A stretch of 54,534 nucleotides of DNA from Smithella sp. (lineage in GTDB: Bacteria > Desulfobacterota > Syntrophia > Syntrophales > Smithellaceae): assembly GCA_050011015.1 (NCBI GenBank), contig JBEKJX010000002.1:1-54534 (forward strand), written 5' to 3'. Made by a program: the position numbers and the translations under genes. Under the pieces are notes generated by a model. It saw nothing but the letters and a program-made list of their open reading frames with translations, was not told the origin of the DNA and searched no databases. Shown here piece by piece: positions 21,245 to 29,763 of this stretch (position 1 is its first letter; every line of letters starts with the position of its first letter).

Positions 21245-21613
21245 TTATTTTGCGAAAATCATTTTTAGAGAGATAATCAGTAATGCTATCCCGAATATTC
21301 TTTCCAGTGTCTGATTGGATAAATTGACGGCAAATTTCGCGCCGATTAATCCGCCGAATACGAAACCGGCGCACATCAACGCCGCGATTGGAAAATCAAC
21401 GAAGCCCTCTTTATAGTATGTCCATGCGGCAAGGATTCCTATAGGCGGAACCAGTAACGCCAGTGTCGTCCCCTGCGCCATTTTCTGGGAAAGGCCGAAA
21501 AAAATTACAAGAATCGGAATGATAATAGTTCCGCCGCCGATGCCGATGAGACCGCTTAACAATCCGGCCAGCAAACCGGTGAAAATGAACAAAAAAGCAT
21601 TACCTGATCCCAT
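21245..21613 (-). CDS. Half-size TSUP (TauE/SafE) family transporter, 4 TM segments
   Basis: GLLSGLIGIGGG motif. Only 122 aa, which equals one TSUP repeat unit. Confidence 0.75.
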   Translation of the reverse strand: MGSGNAFLFIFTGLLAGLLSGLIGIGGGTIIIPILVIFFGLSQKMAQGTTLALLVPPIGILAAWTYYKEGFVDFPIAALMCAGFVFGGLIGAKFAVNLSNQTLERIFGIALLIISLKMIFAK

Positions 21614-21680
21614 GAATCAATACCTCCCGTTTATTGAGTGGACATTATTTATCAGCATGGTCGTATGGTCTTGCTGAATT

Positions 21681-21711
21681 ATTGTTAACAATTAAATGAA
21701 TTGTTAACAAT
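21681..21711. promoter_or_regulatory. Two copies of the perfect 12-bp palindrome ATTGTTAACAAT, 19 bp centre to centre
   Basis: Copies at 21681-21692 and 21700-21711, 68-98 bp upstream of the TSUP start codon. Confidence 0.5.
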
Positions 21712-21896
21712 AGGTCAAGACAAAATTATCCATTCTTTTTGTACCCGGTCTTCTTCATTCATTGGGGTAGGGTCGGAAAAATGGAGATTGATGCGGAAAG
21801 GGGGTAGAAGGGGGTACCCCCTTTTGCAAGTATGGTAAGAAGCCCCGGCTTGCCGTCGGGGTAAGTAAGCGAATATGGAATAATATTGTTCCCTGA

Positions 21897-21999
21897 GAAT
21901 CGAAGATTCTACGCAGCTTGCCGCGGAGAGCTTCAATCGAAAAATATTCGCGGACTGCTGCAAAGCAATTCAATGGCGTTGATTACGGATTGAAGCTCT
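21897..21999. repeat. Copy 1 of a dispersed intergenic repeat. It also contains an 11-bp inverted repeat AGAGCTTCAAT/ATTGAAGCTCT.
   Basis: The core GAATCGAAGAT..CGCAGCTTGCCGCGGAGAGCTTCAAT recurs in diverged form at 27259-27299 and, in inverted orientation, at 39518-39552. Confidence 0.6.
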
Positions 22000-22043
22000 G
22001 ATTTTTTTTCAAGCCGTAGATTTATGGAAAACAGGATATGTTT

Positions 22044-22259
22044 TTAATCGAGAGTCATCATGATCTGATCCGTCTTTACGGAATCGCCTTCTTTGACCTT
22101 TATTTCCTTGACCGTTCCATCAACGGGCGCATATACGGGAATTTCCATTTTCATGGCATCCATGATGATAACTTCGTCATCGGCATTGATCTTATCACCG
22201 GGATTAACAACGATACTGATGACTTTACCGGTCATCGGAGCTTTTATTTCTGTACTCAT
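22044..22259 (-). CDS. Stand-alone biotinyl/lipoyl carrier domain protein
   Basis: 71 aa carrying the biotinylation motif MDAMKME. Confidence 0.85.
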   Translation of the reverse strand: MSTEIKAPMTGKVISIVVNPGDKINADDEVIIMDAMKMEIPVYAPVDGTVKEIKVKEGDSVKTDQIMMTLD

Positions 22260-22409
22260 TTTTGTGAATCTCCTTTTACAGTCCTTTACGTTTATCTCCC
22301 CGATATCTTACAGATATCTCACACAGAAGGACGTTAATTATTAATGATAAATCACTGTATAATTAATACCCTAATTGTAAAACAAGGTCAATAGCCAAGT
22401 TAAAAAGAC

Positions 22410-22677
22410 TTGGCTGAAGAGAGTTGCCCGGTTTGTCACTCATCGTTAGGCAAATATATATATTAAAAAAATTACTGATCTTCCGAAAATCGGTGAGTCA
22501 TTGGCTTGCGATCTTCGTTTAATCGGCATCAATCATCCCGAAGACCTGATCGGGAAAAATCCTATCACATTGTATGAAACGCTATGCTTTAAGACCGGCA
22601 ACAGGCATGATCCCTGTGTGATTGATGTGTTTCTGTCGGTTGTCCATTTTATTGAGGGCGGGAAAACGCGCCGCTAA
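22410..22677 (+). pseudogene. Helix-hairpin-helix protein (Cdd1/PF11731-like) split by a frameshift in an (AT)5 tract
   Basis: TTG 22410...TAA 22466 encodes MAEESCPVCHSSLGKYIY. The +1 frame from 22462 continues IKKITDLPKIGESLACDLRLIGINHPEDL...DPCVIDVFLSVVHFIEGG to TAA 22677. Confidence 0.6.
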
Positions 22678-22718
22678 AGGATTGCCAGGACAAGCAATCC
22701 CCGCAATTATAATCTTAA

Positions 22719-22750
22719 GTTCGGGGCGAGTCTTTTTGACTCGCCCGAAC
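22719..22750. terminator. Strong 13-bp GC-rich hairpin (one bulge) between convergent genes
   Basis: GTTCGGGGCGAGTC-TTTTT-GACTCGCCCGAAC followed by TTGATTTTCA. It lies 17 nt from the lipoprotein stop. Confidence 0.6.
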
Positions 22751-22766
22751 TTGATTTTCAATTGAC

Positions 22767-24953
22767 TTATTGGCCTCCACGCACAGGTAAAACATAGAGT
22801 ACACCGCTATTAGTCGTATTTGGAGCGTACATGAGTTCGCCATACAGCGTATCGATTAACCACCCCTGGGTCAAATCACCGGCATACGCAGTAGACGTCC
22901 AATAATAGCCTGGGGACGGAAAACTAAACCCTTGAGCGCCTAACCAGCTATAGGGTGAAGCTTGACCTATATTGACAAGACTTCCCATTTCATTGTTATT
23001 GGGCATGCGCCAGTCGCCCGCCTTCGAGCCATCCGCAAGCCCGCAATTGCCGCTGCTGAGAGTATTTGCGTCATTAAGCGCCTGTGCCCATGTTATATTT
23101 GGACCAAAACAATTAGCATTTTTAAGCCACACAAGCCCGGTGAGAGTGTCTGTTATTGTTCCGTCGCCGTTATCAGTAAACCGCGGATTCGGCCAGGCAG
23201 CGCCTTCCCGCAAATCCCCGTCATCGGAGACGGCATAGGATGTGGTCTGGCCTGTTCTGGGCAGGCTAATCACACCGGAGTGTCCGGTGCGCACCGGCCA
23301 GGCATTGTAAGAAGCGCTCGACTTATCACCCCCGGTATCGGAGCCGTCTTGCATCTGAACCCTCCACGCTGTCGAGGTATAACCGGCATACGTGGTGGAC
23401 GTCCAGTAGGATGCGGCCTGCACATTGCTGAAACCCTGGGCCGAATTATTCAGCCAGGCCGATGTATCGGCTTTGCCGTAGTTTATAAGGCTGCGTAGTT
23501 CCGTCCTGTTGGGAAGCCGCCAATCGTTATGCCCCAGATAATTACTGGTATTGAGGCAGGCCACATAATTTAATGCCGACGTCCAGTTTATGGCGCCGCC
23601 GGTACAGGAGCCGGCTGTTGGCGTGCTTGCGTCTTTTGTCCACATCAACCCGGTCAAATTATCAGTTACAGTCTGATCGCCGTTATCGGTAAACCGGGGA
23701 TTCGGCCAGACAACGCCTTTCTGCAAAGCGCCGTCATCGTCCGTGGCATAAGATGTGGTCTGCCCGGTTCTTGGAATGGTGCTCTTTAATACAGTCACCG
23801 TAACAGAGTAGTCCGTTGTTGAACTGTCTGCCGCCGCTACGGTATAGATCACGGGATTGGTAAAGTTATTTGCCGTAAAGCCGCTTATCTGCGTAACTGA
23901 ACCTACGCTTACGCTCTGACCTGTCGTGGCAAATGCCGCAACCAGCGCGTTGATACTTGTTCCATACGGCATGGTCACGGCTATTGTTTTTGCTGTTTCA
24001 TCAATCGTGCCGGTCACACCGGCCAGATAATAGCCGGTGATCGCTTTGGCCGAGGACGCCGCCACCGTTACAATAACCGTGTATATCGCCGTCGAACTGT
24101 CAGCGGCGGTTACCGTATATTGCACCAGAGAGGAAAAATCATTTACTGTTGTCCCGCTTACCTGCGCGGTTGAACCAACGCTTATGCTCTGTCCCGTCAT
24201 CGTAAACGTTGCCGTAAGTTTTTTGACATCTGTTCCATAGGGCATGGTCACGGCTATTGTTTTCCCCGATTCGCTGATTGTTCCGCCCACACCATCCAGC
24301 GAATAAGCGGTAATCATTTTGTCCGAGGATGCCGCCACCGTTACGGTAACGGTGTAATTCACGGTGGAACTGTCCGTCGCGGTTACCGTATAGGTCACCG
24401 CAGAAGAAAAATTATTTGTTGTTGTCCCGCTTACCTGCGTCGTTGTGCCGACCTTGACGCTTTGGCCTGTCGTGGTGAAGGATGCAACCAGGGAGGTGAC
24501 ATCTGTTCCATTCGGCACGGTCACGGTAATTGTTTTTGCTGTTTCATTGATCACGCCGGGAACACCGGCCAGAGAATAGGCGGTAATCGCTTTAGCCGAA
24601 GATGCCGCCACGGCTACAACGACATTATATATTGCCGTTGTGCCATCCGCCGCGGTTACCGTATAGGCCACCGCAGAGGTAAAGTCGTTTGCCGTTACTC
24701 CGTTTACCTGCGTGGTTTTGCCCACCTTAATGCTCTGGCCTGTAGTGTTGAATGCCGCGACAAGAGCGGTGACATCTGTGCCATACGGCATGGTCACGGC
24801 TATTGTTTTTGCCGTTTCATTTATTGCACCGGCAACTCCGTCCAGAGAATACGATGTAATCGCTTTAGCCGATGATAACGTGTTAGAAGACGAACTGCAT
24901 CCCATCGCGGCGAAAAGAAACACTGCCGCCAGCAGCATATACATTTTTTTCAT
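22767..24953 (-). CDS. Lipoprotein with four tandem 91-aa beta-rich repeats and two C-terminal DUF1566 (Lcl-C / C-type-lectin-like) modules
   Basis: Lipobox AAMGC. Repeats SSAKAIT.YSL.GV.G.I.E..KTI.VT.P.GTD... cover about 23784-24875. DWRLPN.TEL and DWRMPNNNEM motifs are present. Confidence 0.8.
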   Translation of the reverse strand: MKKMYMLLAAVFLFAAMGCSSSSNTLSSAKAITSYSLDGVAGAINETAKTIAVTMPYGTDVTALVAAFNTTGQSIKVGKTTQVNGVTANDFTSAVAYTVTAADGTTAIYNVVVAVAASSAKAITAYSLAGVPGVINETAKTITVTVPNGTDVTSLVASFTTTGQSVKVGTTTQVSGTTTNNFSSAVTYTVTATDSSTVNYTVTVTVAASSDKMITAYSLDGVGGTISESGKTIAVTMPYGTDVKKLTATFTMTGQSISVGSTAQVSGTTVNDFSSLVQYTVTAADSSTAIYTVIVTVAASSAKAITGYYLAGVTGTIDETAKTIAVTMPYGTSINALVAAFATTGQSVSVGSVTQISGFTANNFTNPVIYTVAAADSSTTDYSVTVTVLKSTIPRTGQTTSYATDDDGALQKGVVWPNPRFTDNGDQTVTDNLTGLMWTKDASTPTAGSCTGGAINWTSALNYVACLNTSNYLGHNDWRLPNRTELRSLINYGKADTSAWLNNSAQGFSNVQAASYWTSTTYAGYTSTAWRVQMQDGSDTGGDKSSASYNAWPVRTGHSGVISLPRTGQTTSYAVSDDGDLREGAAWPNPRFTDNGDGTITDTLTGLVWLKNANCFGPNITWAQALNDANTLSSGNCGLADGSKAGDWRMPNNNEMGSLVNIGQASPYSWLGAQGFSFPSPGYYWTSTAYAGDLTQGWLIDTLYGELMYAPNTTNSGVLYVLPVRGGQ

Positions 24954-25027
24954 TTCACTTCTCCTTTATTAGAAAAACTTCACCAATCCGCGAAGGACAT
25001 ATGAGGTTTTATTATTGTGAAATTATA

Positions 25028-25056
25028 AATAAAAAAAGGAGCACAGTAATGCTCCT
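25028..25056 (-). terminator. Rho-independent terminator (7-bp stem followed by a T-run on the minus strand)
   Basis: The minus strand reads AGGAGCA-TTACTG-TGCTCCT followed by TTTTTTTA. Confidence 0.6.
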
Positions 25057-25374
25057 TTTAATGATAAATGCGATGTCTTGTTTTAATATGTCTATCTTGA
25101 GTCTGTACACGCGGTCTGCCACTGTTTCCTTAAATCTCCATTAGATTCCAATGCAGGCAAATGAAACTGGAACATCATTGTTTAATGCGCGTATTTCTAT
25201 AATATCGTAATGAAAATATCAATAATTATTTAAAGCTGTTAATTATACAAAGAATAATTTCAGGATTCAGCCAGACTTAAATGGTGGAATTCGGTCGAGT
25301 CTTTTTCGGGTTGTTGCCCAAATAAGTTTTACAAAGATTATAAAGAGAGATTATAAAACAGGCAACACATTATT

Positions 25375-25529
25375 ATGGAGAGAAACAACAAGGTTGGGAT
25401 ATCAATCTACAGCCAAAGCTCTTTTGTTATTCAATCAACCTTGAAGAACGGATTCCATCTAATCACATTTTAAGAGAGATTCGATCACAGACTGATTTTA
25501 GTTTTATCTATCTCAGGTTTTTCTTATAG
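25375..25529 (+). mobile_element. N-terminal stub of an IS5-family (DUF772-type) transposase; remnant only
   Basis: The frame from 25410 reads QPKLFCYSINLEERIPSNHILREIRSQTDFSFI, matching the conserved LF.Y...LEE.IP..H.LR.I....DFSFI head of these transposases. It stops at 25529. ATG 25375 is in a different frame. Confidence 0.5.
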
Positions 25530-26989
25530 GATAAGAGCTTGCCCTTGTCCTCAGGATAAGCGACGAAGTTTTTATCCATAGTGCTTACCCGTTCCTGGCT
25601 GAACACCATCTCGATAAACCCGAAGAGTTTGCGTTTAAACTCGTCCCAGCTTCTCACTTGCAGGGTATGGTGGAAAAGGAACATTGGGCGGCAATGATAC
25701 GTTACATAGGCATCTCTGGTCATGGCATCAATCTCTTCACTGGTCAGGGCGGTCCATGGCCGCGGCAGGGGCTTGTCTTCTACTTTGCCGAGGATGTACT
25801 TGTGCCAGTAGTCGAAGCCGGTATCCTTGACCATCTGCCGCCAGTATGAGGTAAGAGGCTTCGCGGTGAGTTTGGAAAACTGGACGTAGTCGAGTTTCAG
25901 CGATTTGGCAAAATTTACCGTTTTCCGGAAAGTTTCGCGCGTTTCGCCCGGTGATCCGGCAAGGAAAAATCCGAGTGTCTTTATGCCGGCGCTCCTGGTG
26001 ATTTCAATGGTATCGCGAATCTGCTGAAGATTGATGCCCTTGTTCAGGCGGTCAAGAATTTCCTGCACTCCCGATTCAATGCCGAAGTAGATGCGGGAGC
26101 AGCCCGCCGCCCGCATTTTGCGGATAAGAGTCTCGTCGACGCAATCGATGCGTGTACGGCACGCCCAGGTGATATCCAAACCGCTTTTTATCATTCCATC
26201 GCAGATGGCTTCGACGCGTTTGCGGTCAATGCAGAAATCGTAGTCGAAAAAGTCTATCTCGCGAATGTTATACTGGGTGTAGCATTCTTCTATCTCGCCA
26301 AGGACTGTCTCGGGGCGGCGCGGGTTGTAGGGCGTATGGCTGGCCTCGCAGAACAGGCACTCCTTCGGGCAACCTTTGCTTGTTACCATGACGGTAAAGT
26401 TCTTTCGCTCCGTCGTGAATTCCGCGTAAAGCTCATTCGGCAGAAGATGCCGCGCGGGGTTCGGGTAATCGTCGAATTTCGGATCCTTGCTGTAAGAAGT
26501 CATCCTGACCTGTCCATTGGCTTTGTAGATCAGGCCGGGCACGTCATCGAAACGGCGTTGTCCTTCCAGTTCCTCGAACAGGCGCGGCACGGTGTAATAG
26601 GCGCTGTTGAAGCAGCCGAAATCGGGGCCTTCCACAGAAACGGATTCGTTCGGATAAACCCTCAGGTTATATCCGCCGATAATGACGGGAACCTTTAAAT
26701 GTTTTTTGAGGAAGACCGCCCACTCGAGCGTTTCGGGAAACATGTAGGTGGTCATCATAAAACCGAGGATGTCCGGTTTCCATTCCTTCAGGCGGTCGAG
26801 CACGTCCTCTTTGGTCAGGCGTAATGTGCGGGCGTCAACCAGCAGCGCGTCGTGGCCTGCTCTTTCGGCTATCGAGCACACCCAGGCCATGGAAAGGGGA
26901 GGGAACAGCCCGAAATACCGCTGGACGATCCTCAGGTTTTCCTCATGGAGCTTATATTTGAATGGATTGAAAACGCAGGCAAGCCTCAT
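25508..26989 (-). CDS. B12-binding-domain radical SAM enzyme (class B)
   Basis: N-terminal Rossmann-like cobalamin domain and the CxxxCxxC motif (CPKECLFC). Confidence 0.9.
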   Translation of the reverse strand: MRLACVFNPFKYKLHEENLRIVQRYFGLFPPLSMAWVCSIAERAGHDALLVDARTLRLTKEDVLDRLKEWKPDILGFMMTTYMFPETLEWAVFLKKHLKVPVIIGGYNLRVYPNESVSVEGPDFGCFNSAYYTVPRLFEELEGQRRFDDVPGLIYKANGQVRMTSYSKDPKFDDYPNPARHLLPNELYAEFTTERKNFTVMVTSKGCPKECLFCEASHTPYNPRRPETVLGEIEECYTQYNIREIDFFDYDFCIDRKRVEAICDGMIKSGLDITWACRTRIDCVDETLIRKMRAAGCSRIYFGIESGVQEILDRLNKGINLQQIRDTIEITRSAGIKTLGFFLAGSPGETRETFRKTVNFAKSLKLDYVQFSKLTAKPLTSYWRQMVKDTGFDYWHKYILGKVEDKPLPRPWTALTSEEIDAMTRDAYVTYHCRPMFLFHHTLQVRSWDEFKRKLFGFIEMVFSQERVSTMDKNFVAYPEDKGKLLSYKKNLR

Positions 26990-27258
26990 ATTTTATTTTC
27001 TCTCCGTGGATTCTTTTGATAACATGTCATCGGACGATCAACAAGCTTTTTACGACAATTCTCAATATCGCCTTGTAGTTTGAAAATTTTGTATCATTAA
27101 ACTGTTTATGGTTTTGAGAGTTCATTTAATTTGTTTTCTTTGGGATTTGATGGGAACTTGCTTTGTTTCGCCTGGAGTATAGAAAGGCTGTTTTTGGTTG
27201 TCAATATGTATTTTACATCGAAAAGCAACAACCGGCGATGAACGGGGAACCTTTGGCG

Positions 27259-27299
27259 GAATCGAAGATGCTCCGCGGCTTGCAGCAAAGGGCTGCAAA
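27259..27299. repeat. Copy 2 (diverged) of the dispersed intergenic repeat
   Basis: GAATCGAAGATGCTCCGCGGCTTGCAGCAAAGGGCTGCAAA, compared with 21897-21937. Confidence 0.5.
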
Positions 27300-27347
27300 T
27301 TTTCCTTAAATGAATATCTCTTTTAGCCGGGTGCTCTCTTTGTGAAT

Positions 27348-28550
27348 TTACAGCTTATTTATAATATCCTTTTCGTCCGGCGCCTGATCATCCAAGATCG
27401 GTGCTTCCAGCAGATGACTCGGCAGGAAAAACTTGTTGGCGATGAGCGTCGGTATCACGGCGCTGGCGATTACCGCGCCTACGATGAAGGAATACTGCGC
27501 TTGTGAAATGATGTTATGCGATAATCCGAACAGCGCGGATATTGTTCCGAACGTCAGTCCGGTGGACATCAGCAGCGTATAGTACCATCTCCCCCCTTTA
27601 TTCTCCCGAAAACGATGAATGACCGGAAACAGACCGAATATCTTGGAAACAACTTTGCCGCCAAAAAGTACAAGAAAGATAACTGGTGCCGCAAGCAACG
27701 CCGGTATGGACACCAGAGCGCCGGCTCTTAGAAAATACAAGGGCGTTAAAAAGCCGACAGTCAGAGTTCTCAACCTCCTGACAAAATGACCGTCTTTTTC
27801 CATTGTTCTTGCCATTAACATGCCTATAATATAAGCGGGTAGTACCGGTTCGCTGCCGGACCATAAAGCAAGAACGCCCATTGCCAATAAGACAAAAAGT
27901 ATCCATTTCGCACGAATTGCTGCTGTTTTATAAGCGAAATGTTTGATTAAATAATCGGTTATTACCGGTAAAATAAAAATTAAAGATATTGTCACCGCAA
28001 TAAATATAACTGTTTTATACGTGAAAGGGGCAAATATTAATCCTAAGCCAATAACAGTTCCCAAGTCATTGACGAAACACGATCCCAGTATGCCTTTCCC
28101 GTAATCGGTTTTATTAAATCCATATTCAAGCATGACGGAATAGACCACGGCCATGGAGGTTGTGGATAGCGCGATGCCGCACAATAAACTGGCCTGCAGG
28201 TTCCAGCCGACAAGATAATAGGCAATCAAAGAGCAGCCGATGAAGGGGGCGGCAAATCCGACCAATCCGATAACGGACACTTCCCTGATTTTGGATTTCA
28301 TGACATCGGGATTCAACTCCGCTCCCGCCAGAAACGTCAGCAAAATAGCCCCGACACCTGTGCAGAATTTCAGCCAGTCGGCATTGAGCGACAGTTTGTC
28401 AAATAAGCCGAACTGGAAAGCGGCAAATCCGATAATGGAACCGACGATGATTTCCATCAGGGCAATAGAGATCTTCAGGCGGTTGGCAAAGACAGTTGAT
28501 AAAACAGCGGCAAAAAACCAGAATGCTGCGACAAGATAAATCGTTTCCAT
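27348..28550 (-). CDS. Cation:proton antiporter (Na+/H+ exchanger family)
   Basis: About 12 TM segments. ATG 28550 is preceded by AAGGAG at 7-nt spacing and is preferred over 28595. Confidence 0.8.
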   Translation of the reverse strand: METIYLVAAFWFFAAVLSTVFANRLKISIALMEIIVGSIIGFAAFQFGLFDKLSLNADWLKFCTGVGAILLTFLAGAELNPDVMKSKIREVSVIGLVGFAAPFIGCSLIAYYLVGWNLQASLLCGIALSTTSMAVVYSVMLEYGFNKTDYGKGILGSCFVNDLGTVIGLGLIFAPFTYKTVIFIAVTISLIFILPVITDYLIKHFAYKTAAIRAKWILFVLLAMGVLALWSGSEPVLPAYIIGMLMARTMEKDGHFVRRLRTLTVGFLTPLYFLRAGALVSIPALLAAPVIFLVLFGGKVVSKIFGLFPVIHRFRENKGGRWYYTLLMSTGLTFGTISALFGLSHNIISQAQYSFIVGAVIASAVIPTLIANKFFLPSHLLEAPILDDQAPDEKDIINKL

Positions 28551-28909
28551 GCAATAACTCCTTAACGGTAATTTGGCAGGAGTTATTAGCAGCAAAGGCG
28601 GTTAAAGGTGAACTCCATCACCCGCGCGAGAAAGAGATTGAATCTTTACGGCAGGCGTCATTAATCAAATTTCAGTTCTTTTGTCAATAAATAATGGTCT
28701 CTTGTGATTATACAACGTTTTTAGGTGTAACAAGCAATAGACTTTTCCTTAATGCTATTTTTATAATTCTACCCGTCCCGGCGATATTTTAACTGGAAAT
28801 GAATGAGTAACATATATATAATTCTTCTACAGACAAAATGACGAAACTCTCATGTCACATGTTATATTTTTCCGAGAGAGGAAAAGCGAAGAAAATGAGG
28901 AGTGGTTAA

Positions 28910-29668
28910 ATGACCAAAATATATGACCTGAGCATCCCTACGGAAGACAGTTTAAGCGAGCCCCAGCCTGTGAAAGTGGAGCATAAAACGCATGATGCCA
29001 GTTTGCCCTTAATTGAACTGGTATTCGGAGCGAAAAAGGAAGATATGGCGGACGGCCTGGGCTGGGCGGATGACGCTGTATCGTTATCCGCTCATGCCGG
29101 CACTCACGTTGACGCTCCCTGGCATTACGCGCCGTTATCGGAAAATAAAAAAGCGCGGACGATAGATGAAATGCCCCTTGACTGGTTTTTTCACGACGGC
29201 GTAGTCCTTGATTTCCGGCACAAGCCCCGGGGCGCCGGTATTTCCGTTGATGATGTAAAAGGCGCTTTAGCAAAAATAAAATACACACTCAAGCCGTGGG
29301 ATATCGTCCTGATCCAGACGGGAGCGGATAAGCTGTGGGGCCGGCCGGAGTATTTCACGGCCGGTTGCGGCATGACGCAATCTTCGACGCTCTGGCTGAT
29401 TGACCAGGGATGCCGTGTAATGGGTATCGATGCGTGGGGTTGGGACAGGCCCTTCAACGCGATCAAGGATGAATTCACCCAAACCCGTGATAAGAGCATT
29501 TTGTGGACGGCTCACAAGGCGGGCATTAAAAAGGAATATTGTCATATAGAGAAACTCGCCAATCTTGATGCATTGCCCAAGCCATTTGGTTTCAAAGTGG
29601 CCTGTTTTCCTGTCAAGCTGGCAGGAGGAAGCGCGGGATGGGCAAGGGTCGCAGCAATCGAAATGTAA
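28910..29668 (+). CDS. Cyclase-family protein (kynurenine formamidase-like)
   Basis: Metal motif HAGTHVDAPWH, SD GAGGAG, about 250 aa. Confidence 0.85.
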   Translation: MTKIYDLSIPTEDSLSEPQPVKVEHKTHDASLPLIELVFGAKKEDMADGLGWADDAVSLSAHAGTHVDAPWHYAPLSENKKARTIDEMPLDWFFHDGVVLDFRHKPRGAGISVDDVKGALAKIKYTLKPWDIVLIQTGADKLWGRPEYFTAGCGMTQSSTLWLIDQGCRVMGIDAWGWDRPFNAIKDEFTQTRDKSILWTAHKAGIKKEYCHIEKLANLDALPKPFGFKVACFPVKLAGGSAGWARVAAIEM

Positions 29669-29763
29669 TTTTACTTATCTGTGATGATTAACGCAATATC
29701 ATGGATTTAAGCACTTTATCCTAAACTACTTGAAAACATATAATATTTGAACTATACAAAATT

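Noticed and set aside
21715-21973. 72-82-aa ORFs in the 21.7-22.0 kb spacer, with similar cases at 27106-27288 and 48950-49162.
   Set aside because: They coincide with the repeat or hairpin elements described in the findings, lack SDs, and overlap each other in different frames.
22767-23300. DUF1566 (C-type-lectin-like) C-terminus followed by a strong hairpin. This could be the variable region of a diversity-generating retroelement target.
   Set aside because: The window contains no reverse transcriptase ORF. I found no template-repeat copy of the 3' end. The internal duplicates differ at all four bases rather than adenine-specifically.
28571-28590. TGGCAGGAGTTATTAGCA, considered as a sigma54 promoter.
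   Set aside because: The GG-to-GC spacing is 2 nt too long, and no gene lies within 300 nt downstream on that strand.
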